Source: Chiloscyllium plagiosum (Eukaryota). Taken from it: a stretch of 20,000 nt of DNA. The translations under genes and the position numbers were made by a program. Numbering within the stretch: position 1 is the stretch's first letter; every line of letters starts with the position of its first letter. Positions 1 through 9,359 of the stretch are shown piece after piece. The notes beneath the pieces are model-generated. The model ran no database searches. It saw only the letters and a list, made by a program, of their open reading frames with translations, and was not told the origin of the DNA. Location: NCBI RefSeq assembly GCF_004010195.1, contig NC_057720.1, positions 36,907,838-36,927,837 of the forward strand, written 5' to 3'.

Positions 1-49
1 ACAGTCTACCGAGAGAGAACATCTGTCCTGTCTTTTAAAGTCCTCACAC

Positions 50-130
50 TGGAACTTTTACATACACCCCAAAAGGCTTTGGGTTGATGGTCTCATCTGA
101 AAAGCTGCTCCTCTGATGGTGCAACACGTT
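50..130 (-). mobile_element. Degenerate SINE fragment (Deu-domain/SacSINE1-like)
   Basis: 'cttttacatacacc...tctcatctgaaaagctgctcctctgatggtgcaacac' resembles, from recall, the reverse strand of the Deu-SINE core (tctcatccgaaagacggcacctccgacagtgcagcac). Not verified by alignment. Confidence 0.4.
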
Positions 131-185
131 GTGTCAATAAGATGTATATTTGAGTCAATTTTTGTGTTAAACTAATTTTTTACAG

Positions 186-226
186 GCAGAAGTCTGACAA
201 TATAGGCATAGTAACCATCCAGTGTG
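186..226 (+). CDS. Candidate 41-nt internal exon of an unidentified host gene (QKSDNIGIVTIQC)
   Basis: Branch-like actaat and a T-tract ending in tacag (181-185) as acceptor; donor gtcagt at 227. Only one frame is open (phase 2 to phase 1). Confidence 0.25.
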
Positions 227-304
227 GTCAGTATGATGCCCAATCCATGATTGCCTTGGATCTTCATCATGAGGTGGTTTGTTAGCTGCCAGGTTGCAAT
301 GTGC

Positions 305-517
305 GTCGAGAGTGTGGTGCTGGAAAAGCACAGCAGGTCATACAGCATCCAAGGAGCAGGAGAGTCAATGCTTCAGGCAAAAGCCCACCCATTCCTGAAG
401 AAGGGCTTTTGCCTGAAATGTCGACTCTCCTGCTCCTCGGATGTTGTCTGACCTGTTGTGCTTTTCCAGCACCATACTCTGGACTCTAATTTCCAGCATC
501 TGCAGTCCTCACTTTCA
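305..517 (+). mobile_element. Penelope-like pLTR-derived mini-element with inverted duplication and hammerhead core (family A)
   Basis: 82-bp inverted arms 305-386 and 403-484 (72/82 identical by manual count). 3' tail ttccagcatctgcagtcctcactttc. Degenerate 16-bp TSD ccaggttgcaatgtgc (289-304) / ccagggtgaaatgtgc (518-533). Homologous to 7136-7269 and 19735-19823. Confidence 0.75.
391..426 (+). ncRNA. Minimal hammerhead ribozyme motif, CpG-decayed copy
   Basis: CUGAAGA (395-401), A, stem II GGGC-UUUU-GCCU, GAAA (415-418), then UGUC. The cct/tg differences from the other copies look like CpG transitions. Confidence 0.55.
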
Positions 518-2811
518 CCAGGGTGAAATGTGCTTCAACCTGGAAAGTGGGAAATGGGGCTAGATGGCCAGTTGGAAAATATCTGCAGCAAAAGTTTAGT
601 GGAGAGAAATATTAACATCAGGACTAAACTAGCAGTGGTAATTTGGGGTTGAACATACAACAGAAATTGTATTGAAATGTTCTTAAGGTGTAAAACGTGG
701 AAGTGACTATTCTAAAGCTCCATCTAGCTTTCTCTGACTAAGGGTGAGATCCTTTTAGTTGTTTTAAGAAATAGCCACTTCCCATTTGTACCATCTTGAC
801 AAATAGGCAGGAACCAGCACAAGCAATAATCAGATGGACTGATATGAAAATGTTTCATTTATATCCTCATTATATAACATCTGCCACTGGTGACCCTGAT
901 CCCTTAAAATAAATAAAGCCACAATCTATTGTTTCAGAAGAAATTCCAAAACATTCTGGACATTGTGTTATTTCCAGATTTGTGAATCATTTCATCAATA
1001 CCCTCGTCAAACATTAATAAATGTGATTGCAGGATTACACTTCAATTCTGGTTCCATATCGATGTAGTGCCATTAACTAGTTACCCTGGTTAATAATTAA
1101 TGCTTGTAACTTGTTTTCTATCTGACTACCAACTCTTTCTTTTTTTGTATTTGTCATCCATGTTATGGTTTTGTCAGAAGCTTTCTAGGATATCAAGGAT
1201 TCCATTCACTGGATTGTCATTATCATTGATTTGTGTATTTTCTGAAAGAATCATGACATTCATGTAGCAGGGTCTTTTGTTCCTAAAATGAGTTGGGACT
1301 GCCTGATAATGCTGAATTGATGATAAATCACTTATAATGCTTTCCTGTGGCTTTTCTGTAACTCATATGTAGGTTTTCAGGGATCAATTTAATCCTATCA
1401 AGTTAGTCTTAACAGTGCCCCTGTCTAATATTGCCAGCATCTTAACATCATCTTTATTAGTAGAAATGGTTGCAAAGCATTTAATTAGCAGTTTGATGAA
1501 ATCCTGATCCCCAAACATAATTTGTTGTTTTGCTCAAAGGACCAAGAGAGTCAATTGTTTCCTAGTTCTTGACGTCACTGAGAACAAAATTAACTACCAC
1601 AGCGAAGTTTGTGCAGAATCATTTTTTTGAAAGGACTTTTTAATATAGGAACTCCTTTATTCTTTGCTATTCCTTATGAATTTGCATGCTCTACTTAAAA
1701 TGGAGGCCAGTTTCCTTGCAAAACTCAGTTTAGCCAAGTGTGTTTATTTTACAATATATGTCCTCTTTGTCTGTGAAATATATAAGGTTAGTCTAGCTTG
1801 CCTCACATTTCATAAATTGCTATATTTCCTGCAATTTGAAGTAAACAAAATTGATTTTATGGGTTTTGACATTTGTTGTATCTCTTGGTTTCTGCATTGC
1901 TGGCCACCTCCATAAATGAATCACATTGCTCAAATATCATGAGTTGAAGTAAATATTTATCAGCCAATGTCTAGTTAAATAATAATGTGATTTGGTGGCC
2001 AAAGCACTGAAGTCTTTATGTATGTATTGGCTTCCGTAATCGCAAATGCCATACCAAATATATTCAGCTTCTTTAAGGAAGCAGACTTCTAAGTGTTCTA
2101 ATGAGAAAGTCATGAATATAAGAAACATATTATTTACATTAAATAATGAAAAGAAATCATATTTACATTGTACCTTAGCTGAAAGCACTTTACAGCCAAT
2201 GAAATGCACACAAAACTGTTATTATTCCTCATTGATTAGAACATACTGATGTTCAAATTTGCAACATCTGATGTGAAAACTTAATGCCAATTCTGAGTTA
2301 CCTGCCATATGCTTCCCTGTTAAAGCAAGTATTTGTTCGTGGCTCACCCTGGAGTCTTTGTCAGAACATTTCTCTTTAGGATGGTGTGGTGGTACAGGAA
2401 TTTCCAGTCCTTTTGACCTTGCTATAACCAAAGTTCATTTGTTTATAACGAACATAAAGGTGAAAAGAGTTAAAGGAGCAAATCTGGTGGTGGATCAGAG
2501 TAAGGAAATGGAGATCAGAGCAGTGGGGTAATGGTAACTCTGACCATTTTTTCTGTTCCATTTCCAACTACACGCCTTCTGAAATTTTCAAAAGAAGGCA
2601 CAAAAAAACGTGTTGCTGTGTGACTCAAAAAGAAAGTACACTTTTTCATTATTCCAGCTATGTGCATAGAGGAAAGTGCTTTCTGATTTAAGTAAATCAC
2701 AATGAATAATTTCCTAGTACTTATTATAAACATAGGGAACCATCATGTTGATGGCCACAGATACTTCCCAAAACTGATCATTTTAGCTATATAACTTAGA
2801 TATAAAAAGGA

Positions 2812-3026
2812 CATGAGGGACAATGTATTTTACACAGAGAGTGGTTATTGTGTGGAATGAACTGCCATAGGAAGTAGTCGATGTACAGTTATAACGTTCA
2901 AAAGACATTTGGATAAGAACATGAATAGGAAAGGTTTGGAGGGATATTCATCAAACACAGACAGGTGAGACTAGTTTAGCTTGTCAGTATGGACTAGTTA
3001 AACTGAAGAGTCTGTTTCCATGCTCT
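2812..3026 (+). mobile_element. CR1-clade LINE 3' fragment (HER1-like), degenerate
   Basis: Reads FTQRVVIVWNELP*EVV, the CR1 ORF2 C-terminus, followed by a 3' UTR ending tctgtttccatgct. Same family as the reverse complement of 15316-15600. Confidence 0.85.
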
Positions 3027-3081
3027 TTCTCATTCTGGTGACCTGAACATCGCTTATCCTTCAACTTACATCATTGAAATA

Positions 3082-3224
3082 TTTAAAAATCACACAACTA
3101 GTTACCTGATGAAGGATCAGTGCTCTCAAAGCTAGTACTTCTAAATAAACTGTTGGACTAAACCTGGTGTTGTATGATTTTTAACTTTGTCCACCCCGAT
3201 CCAACCCTGGCATCTCCACATCAG
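3082..3224 (+). mobile_element. Second Penelope-like pLTR-derived mini-element (family B) with decayed hammerhead core
   Basis: Inverted repeat ttaaaaatcacacaac (3083-3098) / gttgtatgatttttaa (3169-3184). CTGATGA at 3106-3112, then aggatcagtgctct-caaa-gcta. Possible TSD cattgaaata (3072-3081) / cattgtaata (3225-3234). Confidence 0.6.
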
Positions 3225-3339
3225 CATTGTAATAGATTATTTCATTACTGTTGCTTTGGACATTGAATAAGTCTTAGAAAGTGATAAATTTTGTAATGAA
3301 CTGTTTCTAGCCACAAATTCCAAGATGCTATAGACACAA

Positions 3340-3960
3340 CCAACAGTGCACCCCTCACTCTGTTCAAAGGTTCTTCTATCTTGGGAGTATCCTCTTCAAA
3401 ATCATCACATTAGAAAATTAAATCGCCCATCGCCTAACAATAGCAAACCAAGCAATTAACAGGCACAAGCACTGGCTTGGAAAGACCAACAAGTTTGTAT
3501 CAAAGCAAAGATCAACATTTATCAGACAGTGGCTCTCACATCACTTTTTTATACCATAAGGCATGGACAACCTACTGATTCCACGTAAAGAACAAATTAC
3601 ATTCCATCTTCAGTCTTTAAGGTCTATCTGCAAAATCAAGTGTCAGGACTAAATTCATAGAACTGAAATTTTTCCAAGTTGCTCCATAATTAGTGTCAAG
3701 ACCATTCTCATCAGTGCTCAGCTTTGCTGGATCAACAATGTGATTTGTATTAAGCATTCTCAAAGATAATATTCCATTAGTCAACTGAACATAGAAGCAC
3801 ATATTATATATGACCCCAACTCAGATGCAAAGATGTAAAGGGAACCAGTCTCAAAACTTATTAAGTTGGGCCCCACAATATGGGAAAACATATCCTTGGT
3901 ACATTCAAATGTAGAAATCTATATCATCAAGCAATCTCAATGTTTGAGGAGAACAGAGCC
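3340..3960 (+). mobile_element. RTE-clade LINE fragment (RT thumb and C-terminal region), heavily decayed
   Basis: Frameshifted motifs VQRFFYLGSIL (3362-3394), KAKINIYQTVALTSL (3502-3546), AWTTY and FHLQSLRSICKIKCQD (from 3602), which resemble the RTE ORF C-terminus. Confidence 0.7.
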
Positions 3961-3971
3961 AGGTCTGTAAA

Positions 3972-4277
3972 GGGAGTCTAGAACTAAGGGTTATAGTTGC
4001 AAAAAGGGGGACACTCATTTAAAACAGAGATGAGGAAACATTTTTCTTTCAGGGGGCTGTGAGTCTTTTGAATCCTCTTTGTCAAAAAGCAGTGGATGTA
4101 GAATAGTTAAATATTTTTAAGGCAGAGGTAGATAGATTCTTGATTACCAAGGGCATGAATGCTAATTGGGGATATGCAGGGATGTAGTATTCTGGTTAGA
4201 TTCAGATCAGCCATGACCTTATTGAGTGGAAAAGCAGGGCCAAATTGAAGGGCCAAATGCTCTCTTTGTGTTTGTAT
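3972..4277 (+). mobile_element. CR1-clade LINE 3' fragment
   Basis: ESRTKG...FKTEMRKHF...LNIFKAEVDRFL motifs plus 3' UTR 'agatcagccatgaccttattgagtgg...gaagggccaaatg'. Confidence 0.85.
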
Positions 4278-4431
4278 GAGAGGTGAACACACCACATAGA
4301 CAATGCTTTCACCAAACCCTCCAACCGTGAGTTCATATGGAACATTTGCAATGGGATCAAGTCACATAACACAACCCCAGGCAGTGAATACCCAGTCTTT
4401 TTGTACTTTAACTTAACAAAAGAATCAATCA

Positions 4432-4586
4432 TCACATTGCTGCTTGTGATACTTGCTGCATTTAACTTGGCTGCTAAATTTACTACATCACAACAGTGAT
4501 TTCAAACAAGTTCTTCATTAATTTTGATGCTATTTGGGATTCCCTGAAGTAATGAGAAATATTATATAAATGCAAACTTTTTTTTG
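4432..4586 (+). mobile_element. SINE/L2-type 3' tail remnant (SacSINE1/Deu-SINE-like)
   Basis: 'cacattgctg...ttggctgc...acaacagtga...tttggga...tatataaatgcaa' followed by a T-run resembles the recalled shark Deu-SINE 3' end. Confidence 0.55.
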
Positions 4587-4759
4587 CTTGTTAATGCAAA
4601 TGACATGAAAAATCTTTTACAGTATATCTAGATAAATGTTTGAAAATGTTAGAGAGCACATTACAATGCTACATCACAGTGCCACTGATTCAAGGAGACT
4701 AATACTTGTCAGTCATCCTTCCTTAGTTCACATTGTTGAATTCGATTATCTTATACCAG

Positions 4760-5053
4760 CAGCACAATTACAGACAAAGTTCTTCTGACTCTACAATTGC
4801 GACTCTCTTATTTCATCAGTGAAGTTAGTAACAAGTTTGAGGAGTTATTTGATGAATGCCAGACTCCCAAAAGTCAACATTCAATAACAATGGCAATTAA
4901 AGAAGAATTTACAAGTGCACTAGCTGTAACTTCCAAACTGGATAGCCGGGACAAAGATCACCTGCCTTTGATGTCTATAAAGTTCCAACATGAAATCATT
5001 TCAGATTATCTTAGATTAACTCAGACATTGCTAGCACAGCAAAAAGCTAAAAG
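4760..5053 (+). CDS. Candidate coding exon, unidentified helical protein (STITDKVLL...LLAQQKAK)
   Basis: Frame open 4740-5090 in AT-rich non-repeat DNA. Acceptors ttataccag (4759) or tttcatcag (4819); weak donor AAG|gttgat at 5054. Amphipathic-looking peptide, no recognised domain. Confidence 0.35.
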
Positions 5054-5411
5054 GTTGATATTCCTCCACCCATTCCCAAATAGTGCCTGAAAAGTTGATG
5101 TAATGCAGAATAAAGACTTGTCCAAGGATGTCTGCAATGCTGCTAACCCAAACATGAAGCAGCAACAAGGTATACATTCATGGTATCTGTTACATTTAAG
5201 TAAATGCACATGCCACAGAAAGCTAAATTACAACTTTCGACTGGGTGAATGGATTTCAAAGTTTTGGACAATAGAATGGTTTAAAATTCACCTTTAGCTA
5301 TCTTATAATTCACAATTGCCATCTGTTGCAGTAGACATCACTATTGGCTTGGGGCTGGGGATGAGTGTTACCACCGATTTTCCTTTCTACCTCTTCAGAT
5401 ATGTCATGATA

Positions 5412-5472
5412 CAACTCTGGAGCCAGGACTTCTGACCTAAAGGTAGGGGATACTATCACTGAACCACAAAAG
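5412..5472 (-). mobile_element. tRNA-derived SINE head, partial
   Basis: Similar to 5628-5708 (ctctggagc...aggtaggg...acta...accacaa). Confidence 0.5.
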
Positions 5473-5627
5473 TACAATCCTCCTTTCTGGTATTTTCATT
5501 CTCTCAGGAAGTCAAGTGTCCATTTTAGTGGATTGCTACTGAGGCTTCACCCTGATCAACTTTAATAGCTCAGCTAATTGTACATTTCTGTTGAGATACT
5601 TTGTAACCAACCGGTCAGAATGTAATT

Positions 5628-5708
5628 ACAACCTCTGGAGCGGTCAGAATTTAAACACGGGCCACCCGACTCAGAGGTAGGGACACTACTATTGCACCAC
5701 AAGGACCC
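5628..5708 (-). mobile_element. tRNA-derived SINE head with Pol III A/B-box-like motifs
   Basis: Reverse strand reads ggtccttgTGGTGCAATAGTAGtgtccctacctctgagtcgggtggcccGTGTTTAAATTC, with tRNA-like A and B box spacing. Confidence 0.6.
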
Positions 5709-6021
5709 AGCACCCCTTTCTAAATTGAGTCTAAGAGTCTATCCAATTAGCAGTGGTAGAAAATTAATCACTATTGAGTCTTAACAAGAAGAGGCACTTG
5801 TCTTTCACACCAAGATATCATTTACTCCATGAATGCAATGGCTACAAGTTACAGCGACTCGTTTGGCATAATTACAAAGACTGGCAGGAGCAAGAAATGA
5901 CACAACTGTCTCCATTGCTGACCTCACGCTTGACTGCTGTTACCCACTCAAAGACTGTGTGACATCATCAGACTGTAGCTTAATGCACCTTCAACAGTAA
6001 CTCTTTCAAAACCGGTACCTT

Positions 6022-6046
6022 AATTGAATTGAATTGAATTGAATTG
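6022..6046. repeat. (AATTG)5 microsatellite, the 3' tail of the Rex1 element
   Basis: Five perfect units directly abutting the Rex1 3' UTR. Confidence 0.9.
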
Positions 6047-7135
6047 ATTGTCACGTGTACTGAGGCACAGCGAAAAGCTTTGTCTTGCAAGCAATACAGG
6101 CAGATCACAGTTAAGTAGTGTAGATAGTAAATAATAGATAAACAGTGGCAAAACAAATACACAGGTGCAGGTGAATGCGAAGAGTTTGTGAGTCCATTCT
6201 AATAACAATAGGGTAGAAACAGTTTCGAAACCGGCTGGTGTATGTGTTCAGGCTTCTGTACCTTCTTCATGATGGTGATGTTGTAGAAAAACATTGTCAG
6301 GGTGGAATGATTCTTTAAGAATGCTGGCAGCCTTTCCTTAACAGCGTGCCTGGTAGATGGATTCTATAGATGGGAGATTGGCCTTTGTGATTGTCCAGTC
6401 CGAGTTCACCACTCTCTGTAATCGTCTCCGATCTTGAATGGTACAGTTGCCATACCAGACAGAATGCTCTCGAAGACACAGCTATAAAAGTTGGCAAGGG
6501 TATTCGCTGTCATGCCAAATTTTCTCAGCTGCTTGAGGAAGAAAAGAGTTTGTCGGGCCTTTGTAACCAGTGCATCTACATGAGGAGTCCAAGAAAGCTT
6601 GTTGTTGATGACCACTCCCAGGAGCTTGACCCTCTCCACTCGTTCCACCTCTGTGCAGTTTATGTGTAGGGGAGCATGAGTAACATCCCACCGAAAGTCA
6701 ATAATGGGTTCCTTGGTTTTGTTGGCATTGAGAGCTAGGTTGTTCTCAGTGCACCGTTTTCCCAGGTCTTCCACCTCCCGTCTTTGGTCTGTTTCATCGC
6801 AATCTGAGATTTGACCAACTATGGTGATGTCATCAGCGAACTTGTAAATGGCATTAGTCTGGTATTTGGTGACGCAGTCATGGGTATACAGTGAGTACAG
6901 TAGGGGGCTGAGTACGTGCCCCTGAGGGAGCTCCCGTGTTGAGTGTTAGTGAGGATGAAATATTGTCCCCAATATTCACTGATTGTGGCCTGTAGGTCAG
7001 GAAACTGAGGATCCAGTTGCAGAGAGTGGGGCATAGTGCAAGATCACTAAGTTTAGTAATCAGTCTCGAGGGGATAATAGTGTTGAAGGCTGAATTGTAG
7101 TCAATGAGTAGGATTCTTATGTAGCTGTTCTTGGT

Positions 7136-7269
7136 TGAAAATGTGTTGCTGGAAAAGCGCAGCAGGTCAGGCAGCATCCAAGGAGCAGGAGAATTGACGT
7201 TTCGGGCATAAGCCCTTCTTCAGGAATCACTTCCATCACTTTCATCAGGAATCAGTCCTCACTTTCTCC
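7136..7269 (-). mobile_element. Penelope-like pLTR mini-element (family A) nested in the Rex1 RT
   Basis: Perfect 14-bp direct repeat tagctgttcttggt (7122-7135 / 7270-7283). The body matches the 305-386 arm, and it ends with the same cagtcctcactttc terminus as 305-517. Confidence 0.85.
7191..7227 (-). ncRNA. Minimal hammerhead ribozyme motif, best-preserved copy
   Basis: Minus strand: auuc-CUGAAGA-a-GGGC-uuau-GCCC-GAAA-C-GUC-aauuc. Both core motifs, a perfect 4-bp stem II, palindromic ACGU at the stem III position and a GUC triplet. Confidence 0.65.
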
Positions 7270-8944
7270 TAGCTGTTCTTGGTATCATGATGTTCTGGGG
7301 AGGAGTAAAGGACAAGCGATATGGCATCTGATATGGATCTGTTGGTCTGATAGGTGAATTGGAGTGGGTCAAGGGTGCCATGACCAAACACTTCATGACC
7401 ACCGAAGTTAGGGCCACTGGGCGGTAGTCATTGAGACATGCTGCATGAGCCTTCTTAGGCACAAGGATGATGTTGACCCTCTTGAAACAGGCAGGGACAG
7501 TGGCCTGCTGCAGGGAGAGGTTGAAGATGTCCAAGAAGACCACTGCCAGTTGATCTGCGCATGCTCTGAGTGTACAGCCTGGTACTCCGTCTGGTCCCAT
7601 CGCTTTTCTTGGATTCACATGAAGGAAAACTGATCTAACCTCTGATGCAGTGACTGTTGGGATAGGTTCATCAGGACCTGTCGGAATAGGTGTTACCTCT
7701 CCACCGAAATTCTGCTCAAAGCGAACATAGAAGGCATTGAGACGATCAGGGAAGGATGTGTCATTGTCTGCTGTCTTACACTGTCTCTTTTTAGAGACTG
7801 TGATGTCATTCAGTCCTTGCCTTAGTCATATCTGTCTGGTTCTCTAGTTTGGATCGAAATTGGTCCTTGGCTGTCTTAATGGCTCGGCGAAGGTCATACT
7901 TGGATTCCTTATATTTGAGTAGGTCTCCTGATCTGAAGGCCGCATGCCTGGTTTTAGCAGGTTCTGTATGTCCTGATTCATTCTGGGTTTCCTGTTAGGT
8001 ACACCTGGATTGACTTCTCGGTATGCAGTCCTCCCTACACTTGCTGATAAAGTCTGTGACGGTGGTGGCGTACTCGTCCAAGGTACCTGTGGACTGTTTG
8101 CACATGTCCCAATGAGTTGATTCCAGACAGCACTGGAGTTGATCCTCTGCCTCCTCTGACCAGCACTGGACCTGTATTCTCGAGGGAGGTCTCCTGCTCA
8201 AACTTTTGCCTGTAAGCCGGGAGAAGAAGCATGGCATTGTGGTCAGAGTTCCTGAAATGAGGGCAGGGGATGGAGCAGTAGGCTGCCTTCCCAGTGGTGT
8301 AGCAGTGGTCTAAAATGTTCGGGCCCATGGTGGGGCAGGTAATGTTCTGGTGGACTTGGGCAACACCTTCCTTAAATTGGCTTGATTGAAATCACCAGTT
8401 GAATAAAGAGGGCCTTGGGTGTTCCGTCTCCAGGGTGTTGGTGGTAGAGCTTCCTCAACTTTTGCTTGTGGCAGTATGTGCATAGCAGTTAGTAGAGCAG
8501 CGGTAAATTCCCATGAGAAATAGAAGGGGCAGCATTTGATAGTGAGGAATTCAAGGTTTGGGGAGCAATGGCTGCCCAGGGTTGCATTGTCCATGCACCA
8601 CAAGTTGTTGATTAACAAGTAAACCCCTTCTTACCCCTTCTTACACTGCACGGTCCATACAATGGATAGAAAAACCATCAGCCTGAAATGCGCAGTTCGG
8701 AATGGATGGATTGAGGCAGGTTTCTGTGAAGCAGAGTGCGCAGCAGTCACGTAGTTCATGCTGGAAGCTGAGCCGTGATCTGAGTTCGTCCATCTTGTTC
8801 TCCAGAGATTGTACATTTGCCAGGAATAAGCTCGCAAGGCGGGGTGGCCTTGAAACTGCACAGTCTGAGTTATTAGCAGGCCAGTGCGCTTAGGGCTTAC
8901 TCATGGGGTTTTCATTGTGCTTCTCATTAAGACTGGAGAGTAGA

Positions 8945-9335
8945 ATTATGGAATCCTAAAATGCTTATAGCACAGAAAGAGACTATTTAGTTTGCTGAGC
9001 TCAAGCAACTGCAATTTCACTAGGCCCACTCTAGTGCTATTCCCCATAGTCCTAGCCTCTCTTCAAAAGCATGTCTACTTCTCTTTTGAAAGTCATCAGC
9101 CTCCACCACTTTTTCAGATAATGCATTTCAGATCGTAATTGCCTATTGCATAAAATAAAAGCTTTTTCTTATTGCACCACTACTTCATTAACTAATCATA
9201 ATGATTGTGTGTCCACAGGTTTTTGATCTTTCTGTCATTGGAAGCAATATCTTCTTCTGTGTAGGCACCTCATGATTTTGAAGACCTCTATCAAGTTTTT
9301 CTCAACCTTCCCTTCTATGAGAAGAACAAACTAAT
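8945..9335 (-). mobile_element. Old CR1-like LINE 3' fragment
   Basis: 'cctccaccact...gcatttcagatc' and 'cctcatgattttgaagacctctatcaag' (reverse strand LIEVFKIMR) parallel the CR1 copy at 15316-15872. Confidence 0.7.
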
Positions 9336-9359
9336 TTTAGTCATTAACTATTTCACCCT

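Larger units (their letters stand above)
6022..8890 (-). mobile_element. Rex1/Babar-clade non-LTR retrotransposon, near full-length ORF, frameshifted (APE endonuclease + RT)
   Basis: Endonuclease motifs: SLFLANVQSLENKMDELR, GDFNQANL, LDHCYT, SDH. RT motifs: NPRKAMGPDGVPG, LNDYRPVALTS, LIDYNSAFNTI, FADD (6829-6840), NNLALNANKTKE, KARQTLFFLKQLRKFG. Short tandem-repeat 3' tail. Confidence 0.92.

Noticed and set aside
305..484. Hairpin as pre-miRNA, terminator or MITE
   Set aside because: The arms occur elsewhere as single unpaired copies, and the insert has an asymmetric tail and a long TSD, which fits a retroelement inversion better.
251..489. ORFs 251-451 and 301-489, and similar peptides at 19665-19907
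   Set aside because: Incidental translations of the non-coding pLTR repeat.
1570..1577. TGACGTCA CRE palindrome
   Set aside because: A single 8-mer without promoter context is plausible by chance in 20 kb.
1664..2733. Cluster of short ORFs on both strands
   Set aside because: Low-complexity AT-rich translations with no motifs or convincing splice sites.
5628..5708. Functional tRNA gene
   Set aside because: Degenerate B box and no closing acceptor stem; better explained as a SINE head.
6022..6050. CRISPR-like or telomeric repeat
   Set aside because: A simple pentamer run without spacers, located at a LINE 3' end.
6315..8861. RT ORFs as a retron, DGR or active RT system
   Set aside because: Motifs are those of an APE-type non-LTR element, split by frameshifts and an insertion.
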